NCBI GenBank assembly: GCA_947259885.1
Contig: CAMYNW010000001.1
Span: 148,216-212,215 of the forward strand
Reading direction: 5' to 3'
DNA length: 64,000 bases
From: an uncultured Gammaproteobacteria bacterium
GTDB lineage: Bacteria; Pseudomonadota; Gammaproteobacteria; Arenicellales; Poriferihabitantaceae
In this document: piece after piece, positions 19,291-27,331 of the stretch
How the letters are laid out: every line of letters starts with the position of its first letter
How positions within the stretch are numbered: position 1 is the stretch's first letter
The notes under the pieces: generated by a model
What the model was told of the DNA's origin: nothing
The model's database searches: none
The model's input: the letters and a program-made list of their open reading frames with translations, nothing else
Translations under genes and position numbers: made by a program

Positions 19291-19353
19291 TATTGGATGC
19301 GATCCGTGTCGGGAATTGCAGGCTGCCGATGGCTATCATACGGTCGACAGTAT

Positions 19354-19398
19354 CTAGTCATCATACAGCTAGTCATCGCACAGCTATTCATCGTAGTA
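19354..19398. repeat. 15-nt tandem repeat: two good copies plus one degenerate copy
   Basis: The copies are CTAGTCATCATACAG, CTAGTCATCGCACAG and CTATTCATCGTAGTA. On the minus strand each copy encodes x-x-D-(D/E)-stop, and the third copy is the actual 3' end of the 88-aa ORF. Confidence 0.6.
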
Positions 19399-19650
19399 CG
19401 AATCCTTTCGTTTGAGGAAGATGCCAAGTATTTTTGCGGCTATTACCATAGCGGCACAGGATAGAAACCCATACCATGCGGTAAAGCCGAAGGTGGCATC
19501 AACTAACACGCCGTTTTCTTGAAAATGTGGATGATGGTGCAGAACAAATTCTGGCACCAGTGCAATAACAAGGATGAATACCTGGATCATCCAGAGTTTA
19601 GGCAGACTGCTGGAACGATAGAACCAGTGTTTATCTTGATCGCTGATCAT
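19384..19650 (-). CDS. Small two-TM membrane protein embedded in the Mrp-like cluster
   Basis: 88 aa. Its start overlaps the stop of the upstream D subunit (ATGA), suggesting translational coupling. It has two hydrophobic helices and I recognise no family. Confidence 0.55.
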   Translation of the reverse strand: MISDQDKHWFYRSSSLPKLWMIQVFILVIALVPEFVLHHHPHFQENGVLVDATFGFTAWYGFLSCAAMVIAAKILGIFLKRKDSYYDE

Positions 19651-21104
19651 GTGGAAATCTGCTGGATGAGTTCAAACGGTATCCCAGGAAAAAAGAAGAG
19701 TAAAACGGTCAAGCCTGCTGTCATGCAAAGTGCGGTAACCACGGGCCACGGAGCTTCTCCATATGTGAGCATTGCTTCAGAAGATTCCCGCTTGAACCAG
19801 GCCGCGTATATCACGGGTATAAAATAGGAAGCGTTCAGGAGCGTGGAGGCGATAATAACCGCAACAGCGGCTAATTGCTGCGCCTGGAATGCGCCCATTA
19901 ACAGGTACCATTTAGATATGAATCCTGCAGTTGGCGGTATGCCAATCATAGACAAGGCGCCAATAGAAAATGCTGTCATGGTGTAGGGCATGCGTCGTCC
20001 GATCCCATCCAACTGGCTTACTTCCGTTTTCTTGCAGCTTGTATAAATTGAGCCGGCAGCAAAAAACAACGTGATCTTGCCAAATGCATGCGCAATGATG
20101 TGCAATGCCGCGCCGGTGATCGAAAGTGGGGCCAGAAGGACTGCGCCCAGCACCACATAAGCTAACTGGCCGATGGTCGAATAGGCCAGCCGTTTCTTTA
20201 AGTTGTCTTGTCTCAATGCGATAAGCGACGCTGCAATAAGTGTAAAGCAGGCGATCCATATCAGCCAGTCTGCACCGGGCGCTTGCTTGATCAGGTCAAG
20301 GCCAAATATATATACCACTACTTTCACCACACTAAAAACCCCTGCCTTAACAACTGCAACGGCATGCAATAAAGCACTAACCGGGGTAGGAGCGACCATG
20401 GCAGCGGGCAACCATCTGTGTATCGGCATTAAAGCGGCTTTTCCGATTCCAAATAGAAAGAGCAGCGCCAACAGAGTTATGGCTCCGCCTTCAATATGTC
20501 CAGTGAGTATTCCGCCGGGTATGAAATTATTGGTACCGGCCAATGTCCAGGTCCAGACAATTGCTGGCAGCAGCAGACCAATTGATGTGAACAGAAGTAT
20601 CCCGAGATATGTGCGACCCCCCAGCATTGCCATTTGATTGCCTTTGTGAGCGACCAGAGGAAAGGTAGATAGAGTCAATACTTCATAAAAAACAAAAAGG
20701 GTTACCAGATTGCCAGCAAATGCGACTCCCATTGCAGCCGCAATGGCAACTGCGAAAAAGATGTAAAAACGCGTTTGATGTGACTCTTCATTGCCGCGCA
20801 TGTAACCGATAGAGTAAAGAGAATTAATTGGCCATAGAGTCGCAGCAACCGTGGCAAACAACATGCCAAGAGGTTCAATTTCGAACCGCAGTTCAAGGCC
20901 TGGTAACATTTCGAGCAGAATCAATTCTGGTCTGGCACCCGCCATCACAAGCGACAGAAGTTGAAGAACAACAAGTAACAACAGCATTGAAACTACCAGG
21001 GTGAAACCTTCTCGGAGATTAGGATTTTGTCGGCAGATAGAGACGCCGATAACCCCTGACAGCGGTAACGCCAGCGCAAGAAGAATAAGCGTTCCGCCGG
21101 TCAC
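19647..21104 (-). CDS. Mrp antiporter subunit D-like (NuoN/M family), copy 2
   Basis: 485 aa, polytopic, with proton-conducting membrane transporter motifs (FVFYEVLTLSTFPLV, WLPAAMVAPTPVSALLHA). Confidence 0.9.
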   Translation of the reverse strand: MTGGTLILLALALPLSGVIGVSICRQNPNLREGFTLVVSMLLLLVVLQLLSLVMAGARPELILLEMLPGLELRFEIEPLGMLFATVAATLWPINSLYSIGYMRGNEESHQTRFYIFFAVAIAAAMGVAFAGNLVTLFVFYEVLTLSTFPLVAHKGNQMAMLGGRTYLGILLFTSIGLLLPAIVWTWTLAGTNNFIPGGILTGHIEGGAITLLALLFLFGIGKAALMPIHRWLPAAMVAPTPVSALLHAVAVVKAGVFSVVKVVVYIFGLDLIKQAPGADWLIWIACFTLIAASLIALRQDNLKKRLAYSTIGQLAYVVLGAVLLAPLSITGAALHIIAHAFGKITLFFAAGSIYTSCKKTEVSQLDGIGRRMPYTMTAFSIGALSMIGIPPTAGFISKWYLLMGAFQAQQLAAVAVIIASTLLNASYFIPVIYAAWFKRESSEAMLTYGEAPWPVVTALCMTAGLTVLLFFFPGIPFELIQQIST

Positions 21105-21106
21105 TT

Positions 21107-22588
21107 TTATGGTGCTCCAAAAAGCGTAGTTGCAGCCGAGGAGGTGAACCCAGTAGTAAAGCTGGCGTCAATTCCAAAATAATAGTTGGCTAGCACTAAT
21201 ATCCATGTCGGCACTAGCAATGAAGCAGGTGCTTCTACTACTGTTACCGATTGATCAGGCCTCTGGTGCAGATAGGCTGCCTCCACGACTCGCCACACGT
21301 AGATCACTGCAATTAACGACCCTAATACAACAATAACGGCAATCGGCCACCAACCTTTTTCCAGTGCAGCCAGAATCAAATACCACTTTGAAATAAATCC
21401 TACTGTCAACGGGACACCAATTAGGCTCAATCCGCCAGCAACAAACGCGCCCATGGTCCATGGCATTTGCCGACCAATTCCATCCATGTTATCGATCAGA
21501 GTGTTACCAAGGCGATAACATACTGCGCCCATTGACAGGAACAATGCTCCCTTCATTAACGCATGGTTGAACAGGTGCAGTAATGTGGCCGTTAATCCAG
21601 TAGTGCTGACAAGGCCGATTCCCACCAGCATGTAGCCGATTTGGGCCACGGATGAATACGCCAGCATCCTTTTAATATCGCGCTGAAACACGGCTACAAT
21701 AGACGTGAACAGCACTGCTATTAATCCAACGGGAATCAATAACCAGTGGATATACATGGCCGAAAAGGAAAACTCATGGCCAAAAATAGTAAATAGATAA
21801 CGCACCATGACATAAACCGCCACTTTAGTCGCGGTGGCGGCAATAAATGCGGAAACGATAGATGGTGCGAAGGCATAAGCATTGGGCAGCCAAAGGTGGA
21901 GCGGAAACATCGCCAGTTTCAGTCCAATCCCAACAATTAGAAATCCGAATCCTGCCTGTAGCGCGCGAGACTCTCCAATTTCACCAATTCGGTCAGACAA
22001 ATCAGCCATGTTCAATGTGCCCGTTAACATGTACAAAATTCCCACACCGATAAGAATAAACGTGGCGCCGATAGTCCCCATAATCAGATACTGAAAAGAA
22101 GCGGTCAGTGCGCGTCGGTCTCGGCCAAGGCTGATCAGGGTGTAAGTGGAGAGGGAGGATATCTCTAACAGAACAAATAGATTGAACGCGTCTCCCGTAA
22201 TTGTAATGCCAAGAAGCCCGGCAAGACATAACAACATGCAGGTAAAAAAAAGTGGTTGTTGCTCAGGATCTACTTCATTTTGAACGCTACTCCAACTGTA
22301 TGGAAACATCACGGAAGCGATACCTGACACAATCAACAGTACCAGTACGTTAAGTTGGTCGACACGATACTCGATGCCCCACGGTGGGGCCCAGCCTCCG
22401 AATGCATATTGAATTTGTCCGCCGTCTGCAACCTGAAACGCAAGCCGCACCGCAATCCAAAGACAGAGCCAGCTAACTAAAGTTGATAATATCCAACCCA
22501 ATCGTCGGTAACGGCCCAAAAGAAAACAAAGCGGTGCTGCCATCAAAGGCACCACCACCTGCAGCGCCGGCAGGTGGTGTGAGATCAT
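21107..22588 (-). CDS. Mrp antiporter subunit D-like (NuoN/M family), copy 1
   Basis: 493 aa with FVLLEISSLSTYTLI, HLWLPNAYAFAPS and SKWYL motifs. It is tightly packed against its neighbours. Confidence 0.9.
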   Translation of the reverse strand: MISHHLPALQVVVPLMAAPLCFLLGRYRRLGWILSTLVSWLCLWIAVRLAFQVADGGQIQYAFGGWAPPWGIEYRVDQLNVLVLLIVSGIASVMFPYSWSSVQNEVDPEQQPLFFTCMLLCLAGLLGITITGDAFNLFVLLEISSLSTYTLISLGRDRRALTASFQYLIMGTIGATFILIGVGILYMLTGTLNMADLSDRIGEIGESRALQAGFGFLIVGIGLKLAMFPLHLWLPNAYAFAPSIVSAFIAATATKVAVYVMVRYLFTIFGHEFSFSAMYIHWLLIPVGLIAVLFTSIVAVFQRDIKRMLAYSSVAQIGYMLVGIGLVSTTGLTATLLHLFNHALMKGALFLSMGAVCYRLGNTLIDNMDGIGRQMPWTMGAFVAGGLSLIGVPLTVGFISKWYLILAALEKGWWPIAVIVVLGSLIAVIYVWRVVEAAYLHQRPDQSVTVVEAPASLLVPTWILVLANYYFGIDASFTTGFTSSAATTLFGAP

Positions 22589-22950
22589 TCTGCCTCATCC
22601 TCCCGCTGGCTGATTGCCAGGATGTCATCTTCTTCAATCGAGTGATAGGCTTCCTTGATACGAATGACCAGTGACAAGCCCAAAGCGGTAGTCGCGACAG
22701 CTACGACAATGGCGGTCAGAATCAGGACGTGGGGCAGGGGATTTGAATATAACTCAGAATTCACAGTGACAATCGGTGCGGTGCCGCCGATGACCTTTCC
22801 CATGCTGATGTACATAATGAACACCGATGTCTGGAATATATTCAGGCCGACGATTTTCTTTACAAGATTGCCACTGGCGATTACGGTATAGAAGCCTGCC
22901 ATCATTAGAATGATTACAATCCAGTAATTGAACAAACTGAAAGCGTTCAT
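22585..22950 (-). CDS. Mrp antiporter subunit C (NuoK-like)
   Basis: 121 aa with three TMs and the NPLPHVLILTAIVV motif typical of MnhC/MrpC. It overlaps the next gene by 4 nt. Confidence 0.85.
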   Translation of the reverse strand: MNAFSLFNYWIVIILMMAGFYTVIASGNLVKKIVGLNIFQTSVFIMYISMGKVIGGTAPIVTVNSELYSNPLPHVLILTAIVVAVATTALGLSLVIRIKEAYHSIEEDDILAISQREDEAE

Positions 22951-22952
22951 AC

Positions 22953-23915
22953 CTACTGCTTTTCTGTTTTGCCGGCGAAGGCGAAAAATATTGCGATCAT
23001 GACCGCGGCGACGGTAATTCCGACGCCAAGTTCAATTACCAATATCCCGAAGTGTTGCCCTTGTAATGGATCGTGGGAAAGAGCGTTGTAGTCCAGGTAA
23101 TTTCCTCCATTCAACATTGAAACGACACCAGTGCCGGCATATATCAAAACACCCAGTGCCGAGAGCCTCAGCACAACTTTCGGCGGAGCCAAAAGCATTG
23201 CATCGTCGAGCCCGAAATTTAACGTATAAAGTATGATTGCAGCTGCAAAAATGACCCCTGCCTGAAAGCCTCCTCCTGGTCCATAGTCGCCGTGGAATTG
23301 AACATAAAGGGCAAACAAGATGATGAAAGGTATCAGCAGAATTGCCATCACCTGGAGAACTGGATAGGGTCGCCTCGTTGCTGAGTTTTCTGGTGGGGGA
23401 GTGGATTGTTTTCTCTGTCGCCTGATTCCGATCAACGATAGTACGCCCATCAGTGCCGTGAACACGACGATCACCTCTCCCATAGTGTCATACCCGCGAT
23501 AACTTGCTAGAACTGAAGTGACCATATTGGGAATTCCGATTTCGCGAGGAGACTCTATTACATAGCGGTCGGCCACGTGGTGGTGCACCGGATCCGCAGG
23601 ATTGCCAAAACCGGGCATATCCAACGTGCCCCAGATTAATCCTGCTCCTGTCACAGTGACAACTGCCAGCGGCAGCAGAGGGTGATGGCGAGGCGGTTTT
23701 TCATGGCGCCCGGTTGTCACCAAAGTTGCCAGCATTAAAACTGTGGAGATACCGGCGCCTACCGCGGCTTCTGTAAAGGCAACATCTACTGCATCTAGAA
23801 CCACAAAAATCATTGCGCTCAACAAACTATATATACCAAACAGCATTACTACTGTGAACAGCCTGCGAAACCTGACTACGGCAATTGCGGTAATGGCCAG
23901 CATGGTGAGTAACAC
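22953..23915 (-). CDS. Fused MrpA-C-terminal-like (DUF4040/MbhD-like) plus MrpB subunit
   Basis: 320 aa. The N-terminal part (AVDVAFTEAAVGAGISTVL) resembles DUF4040. The middle NMVTSVLASYRGYDTMGEV and the later HGDYGPGGGFQAGV are MnhB/MrpB-type motifs. Confidence 0.8.
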   Translation of the reverse strand: MLLTMLAITAIAVVRFRRLFTVVMLFGIYSLLSAMIFVVLDAVDVAFTEAAVGAGISTVLMLATLVTTGRHEKPPRHHPLLPLAVVTVTGAGLIWGTLDMPGFGNPADPVHHHVADRYVIESPREIGIPNMVTSVLASYRGYDTMGEVIVVFTALMGVLSLIGIRRQRKQSTPPPENSATRRPYPVLQVMAILLIPFIILFALYVQFHGDYGPGGGFQAGVIFAAAIILYTLNFGLDDAMLLAPPKVVLRLSALGVLIYAGTGVVSMLNGGNYLDYNALSHDPLQGQHFGILVIELGVGITVAAVMIAIFFAFAGKTEKQ

Positions 23916-23932
23916 AACATTTACGAACAGTT

Positions 23933-24259
23933 CTATGACTGCACCTCGCTGCTTTGTTTATTGCCATGTGTCATTGCTCTCAGCCCAGCTCGATAGGCTG
24001 CCCTCACCAATGCATGGCTCGAAGTGGGACTGGTAATCCATAAAAGTGTCAGCACGATCAGAAGTTTAATGGTGACCAGACTCCAGCCCGCCTGAAAAAC
24101 CAATCCAAGTATGAAACATGCGGCACACAATGTATCGGCAATGCTCACCGCATGTACTCTTGCGTAAAAGTCAGGGAAAGTCATCAAACCCCAGGCGCCT
24201 GTGATTCCAAGCACTGAACCGGCCAGTAAAAAAATCCAGGTCAACAAATCTGCGACCAT
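23933..24259 (-). CDS. Mrp antiporter subunit G
   Basis: 108 aa with MnhG-like TFPDFYARVHA and three TMs. Confidence 0.8.
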   Translation of the reverse strand: MVADLLTWIFLLAGSVLGITGAWGLMTFPDFYARVHAVSIADTLCAACFILGLVFQAGWSLVTIKLLIVLTLLWITSPTSSHALVRAAYRAGLRAMTHGNKQSSEVQS

Positions 24260-24261
24260 TG

Positions 24262-24540
24262 TTATTGCTCCTCCACTTCGTCGTATTCCTCAATACGCTC
24301 GATAAATTTGAGGACTGCAATGACGCCGATAAAGTTAATCAAAGCATAGAAGATGGAAAGATCAAGGAAATCCGGTCTCTCAGTGAGAAAGCCGTACACC
24401 GCAATCAATAAAACTGTTTTGGTGCCAAACATATTTACCGCTAAAACCCGATCGTAGATCTTTGGGCCTGCTAAGGCTCGGATAAGTGCAAAAAGCATTA
24501 CAACCAGCAAGGCTACGACTGCAATACCGAGGCTCATCAT
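24262..24540 (-). CDS. Mrp antiporter subunit F
   Basis: 92 aa with MnhF-like RALAGPKIYDRVLAVN and three TMs. Confidence 0.8.
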   Translation of the reverse strand: MMSLGIAVVALLVVMLFALIRALAGPKIYDRVLAVNMFGTKTVLLIAVYGFLTERPDFLDLSIFYALINFIGVIAVLKFIERIEEYDEVEEQ

Positions 24541-25016
24541 TTCCTTTGCTCCAATTTGGAGACGCGTTGATTCATTTCTCCATCCATCAATTCCACTATT
24601 GCTTCTTCGACAATGGCGTGCACCAATACACCATCATCTTTAATATCAAAAGACACTGTTCCTGGTGTGAGGGTAATGGAATTGGCATATATGGTCTTTC
24701 CTAGCTTGGATTTTTGTGACATCGGAAGACGTTTAACGGTTGGACTGATCGGATAATGTCGCGGAAACCAGATATTTTTAACCACTGCAATATTTGCTTT
24801 GAATACTTCAATTAAGAGCCAATGCAGATAGGCAGGAAAGCGCAGAATCAGAGACCAATCCGAGTACAATCGATATTGGCGCCTGATTCTCCAGGAAATA
24901 TAGAGAGAAAATAAGGTCGATGCCAGACCCAGGAACAACAGAAGGCTGTTGCTCCAAAATCCGGATAAAAGCAGCCAGAAGCCGCTTAGCCCAATGCCAA
25001 GCAGAATTAGGTACAT
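24537..25016 (-). CDS. Mrp antiporter subunit E
   Basis: 159 aa with two N-terminal TMs and an MnhE-type ANSITLTPGT motif. It is the first gene of the minus-strand cluster. Confidence 0.8.
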   Translation of the reverse strand: MYLILLGIGLSGFWLLLSGFWSNSLLLFLGLASTLFSLYISWRIRRQYRLYSDWSLILRFPAYLHWLLIEVFKANIAVVKNIWFPRHYPISPTVKRLPMSQKSKLGKTIYANSITLTPGTVSFDIKDDGVLVHAIVEEAIVELMDGEMNQRVSKLEQRK

Positions 25017-25229
25017 CTCCTCAATGTGGTGCTGTAGTTAAGTTTATGTTTGGTATATTGTAAACCAGAATTATAGGAAACATAGCAATCCAATGTTACC
25101 AACCGCGATGGGATTTATAAAAGTTAATAATCTCCGGGTGTCCTATAATTTGTGCCGGGCACTTTACTAATTTAATGAAAAATTTAATATAGTCAAGATT
25201 AAACTTTTCATTTACAAAAGGTCTATCCT

Positions 25230-26186
25230 GTGATGGCAAGAAGATTAATTCAACTCCTGGTTCTGACTGTTGGATTTTCCTGGCAACTGGTGTATTGCTG
25301 GGCCGCTACTGGAGAAACCGATCTGAATGAAAGCATGCGACAAAACTACATCGAGTTTGTCGCGGCTGAGGCAGATGAGAGCAATCCTTTGCCATTTTTG
25401 CTTGAGTCGGTTAGCGACGCCAGTAATTCATGGGCGAGTATTCGATACTTTCTTGATTCTGTATCGCTCGATACCTTTATTGCGCGGCTCAAACAACCCC
25501 GTGAATGGTGCGAATTCATTCCTCTGCACCTCAATATTAAGGCTTGCAGCTATCAGGAGTTAGGAGACAGGAGTATTTTAAGTTTTTATGTTGGCATCAA
25601 AGGCTATTTAACTCCTGACAAGGCGCATCTTTTGCAGTTAGACTTTCGGTCGCAAACGAAGGGAGATGTGTTCGTTGTAAATTTGTTTGCTAAAGATGGT
25701 CCGCTCGACAGTTCTGATATCGATTTTGATATACGGGCTATCAGCGTTGAGCACGACAACCGACAGGGAATATACCTTGAGTTTGATTTATCGAGTGTGC
25801 CTGGTTTGGCATCGAGTTTGGCCAGTCTTTACCTCGCTACGATTGCCCGCAATAAGATTGGGTTCTCTATAGAAGGAAAGACCTGGTCTGGAAAACCTAA
25901 GTTCGTGGGCGGAAAACGTGGTGCAACTGAACGTAACCTTGTGCGCTATCTGCTCTCTATCGAAACATATTTCGCCACCCTGGACATGCCCTCTGAGAAA
26001 CAATTTATACAGCGTATCGAGCACTGGTATGATTCCACCGATAGGTTTCGAGCCCAGTTGTATGAGCTGGAGAAAGAAGAATACATATCAAACAAGTATC
26101 GAGAACGGAAGAATCAGGAAATCCTGCAACAGGCGATTTTTAATAAGGTGGAGCCCGTTTATGTGCCGGTAGACCGCTTAAAATAA
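25230..26186 (+). CDS. Hypothetical exported protein
   Basis: 318 aa, GTG start, N-terminal signal-like segment (LLVLTVGFSWQLVYCWAATG). I recognise no family motif. The C-terminus is coiled and charged. Confidence 0.55.
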   Translation: MMARRLIQLLVLTVGFSWQLVYCWAATGETDLNESMRQNYIEFVAAEADESNPLPFLLESVSDASNSWASIRYFLDSVSLDTFIARLKQPREWCEFIPLHLNIKACSYQELGDRSILSFYVGIKGYLTPDKAHLLQLDFRSQTKGDVFVVNLFAKDGPLDSSDIDFDIRAISVEHDNRQGIYLEFDLSSVPGLASSLASLYLATIARNKIGFSIEGKTWSGKPKFVGGKRGATERNLVRYLLSIETYFATLDMPSEKQFIQRIEHWYDSTDRFRAQLYELEKEEYISNKYRERKNQEILQQAIFNKVEPVYVPVDRLK

Positions 26187-26214
26187 TCTATTGAGCTAAA
26201 TACTCAGGGTATTT

Positions 26215-27225
26215 TTATGTTTTCGGAGCAGCCAGTTCATACAAACAATCTCCCCTCTGGGTGATTGCAGGCACTCGTTTGCAAATTACAGTTGCCTGGA
26301 TATCGAAATAGATCGGGTGCGGTGCCTCCATGGGCGTGTCGGGGTGGTGGATCCATCCGGCTAACTGCCCTTCAGTTACTTCCGCGCCAATTTCTACTGC
26401 GGCTTCGAACAGACCATCGTATCGGCTATACACATAGTAGTCCTGTGAGGGTACTTCAAGAAACTGCGTCTTTTGCCTTGAGCGTTGTAATTCTGGGGAT
26501 TCTGCAGGTACAGCTCCAAGGTGACCGAGATAGGCGCGCAAACCATTTTCCAGTTGATTTAACGCGTCAGCATCGACGGTGCCAGCGCCGGCGATTTCTG
26601 CGGTAATCGCTATCGTGTTCTGTCTCTCTGCAGCAGACGAAGAATAGGAGCCGTCTGGAGATGCAGGGAAAAGAATCGCGCGGCTAAAACCGAAAGATGA
26701 CAAGATCGCGAAATTTTGTTGCTGTTGCTCGGGATCAATGTGCCGAGTCATCAACAGTGTCGGGTGATATATCATTGAACTGCCACCCGAATGAATATCC
26801 AGCAAATAATCCGCTCTGGTCAGAAGCACAGACTCGATATAGTGCGCAATCATTTCTGTCGGTGTCCCAACAGGATTGCCGGGGAAACTTCGGTTTAAAT
26901 TGCCTTGATCAAGGGGGGAGGTGCGAAGCCCAGCTTTAGCAGCGGGATAGTTAGCCATTGGCAAGATGATCAATTGCCCGGTCACACTGGATTCAGTGGT
27001 GTTTCGGGCGAGATTGTTGAGAGCAATCTGGCCCTCATACTCATCGCCATGATTACCCCCCAGCAGCAGCACAACGGGTCCATCCCCATTCTTTATCGAT
27101 ATCACTGGGATGGGAATCCATCCGTATGCAGAACGATGAACCGAGTGGGGCAGCCTCAGGTAACCGTGATGTTTGCCGTCGCGATCAAAATCGACTTCAC
27201 TGGTGAGTTGGGATTTTACCGGCAT
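26215..27225 (-). CDS. Succinylglutamate desuccinylase/aspartoacylase (AstE/AspA) family zinc deacylase, DoeB-like
   Basis: 336 aa with LRLPHSVHRSAYGWIPIPV, GGNHGDEYEG (HxxE) and DIHSGG. It resembles N-acetyl-diaminobutyrate deacetylase-type members as I recall them. Substrate unknown. Confidence 0.8.
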   Translation of the reverse strand: MPVKSQLTSEVDFDRDGKHHGYLRLPHSVHRSAYGWIPIPVISIKNGDGPVVLLLGGNHGDEYEGQIALNNLARNTTESSVTGQLIILPMANYPAAKAGLRTSPLDQGNLNRSFPGNPVGTPTEMIAHYIESVLLTRADYLLDIHSGGSSMIYHPTLLMTRHIDPEQQQQNFAILSSFGFSRAILFPASPDGSYSSSAAERQNTIAITAEIAGAGTVDADALNQLENGLRAYLGHLGAVPAESPELQRSRQKTQFLEVPSQDYYVYSRYDGLFEAAVEIGAEVTEGQLAGWIHHPDTPMEAPHPIYFDIQATVICKRVPAITQRGDCLYELAAPKT

Positions 27226-27331
27226 TGCGCATTAAAGTCAGAAGGAAGCGATATAATAACCTTTTAAAAAATATCTCGTGTTACTGATCTGCTGAAAGTG
27301 ACCCGCTCTTATAGTTTAGCGGGCAAATACC

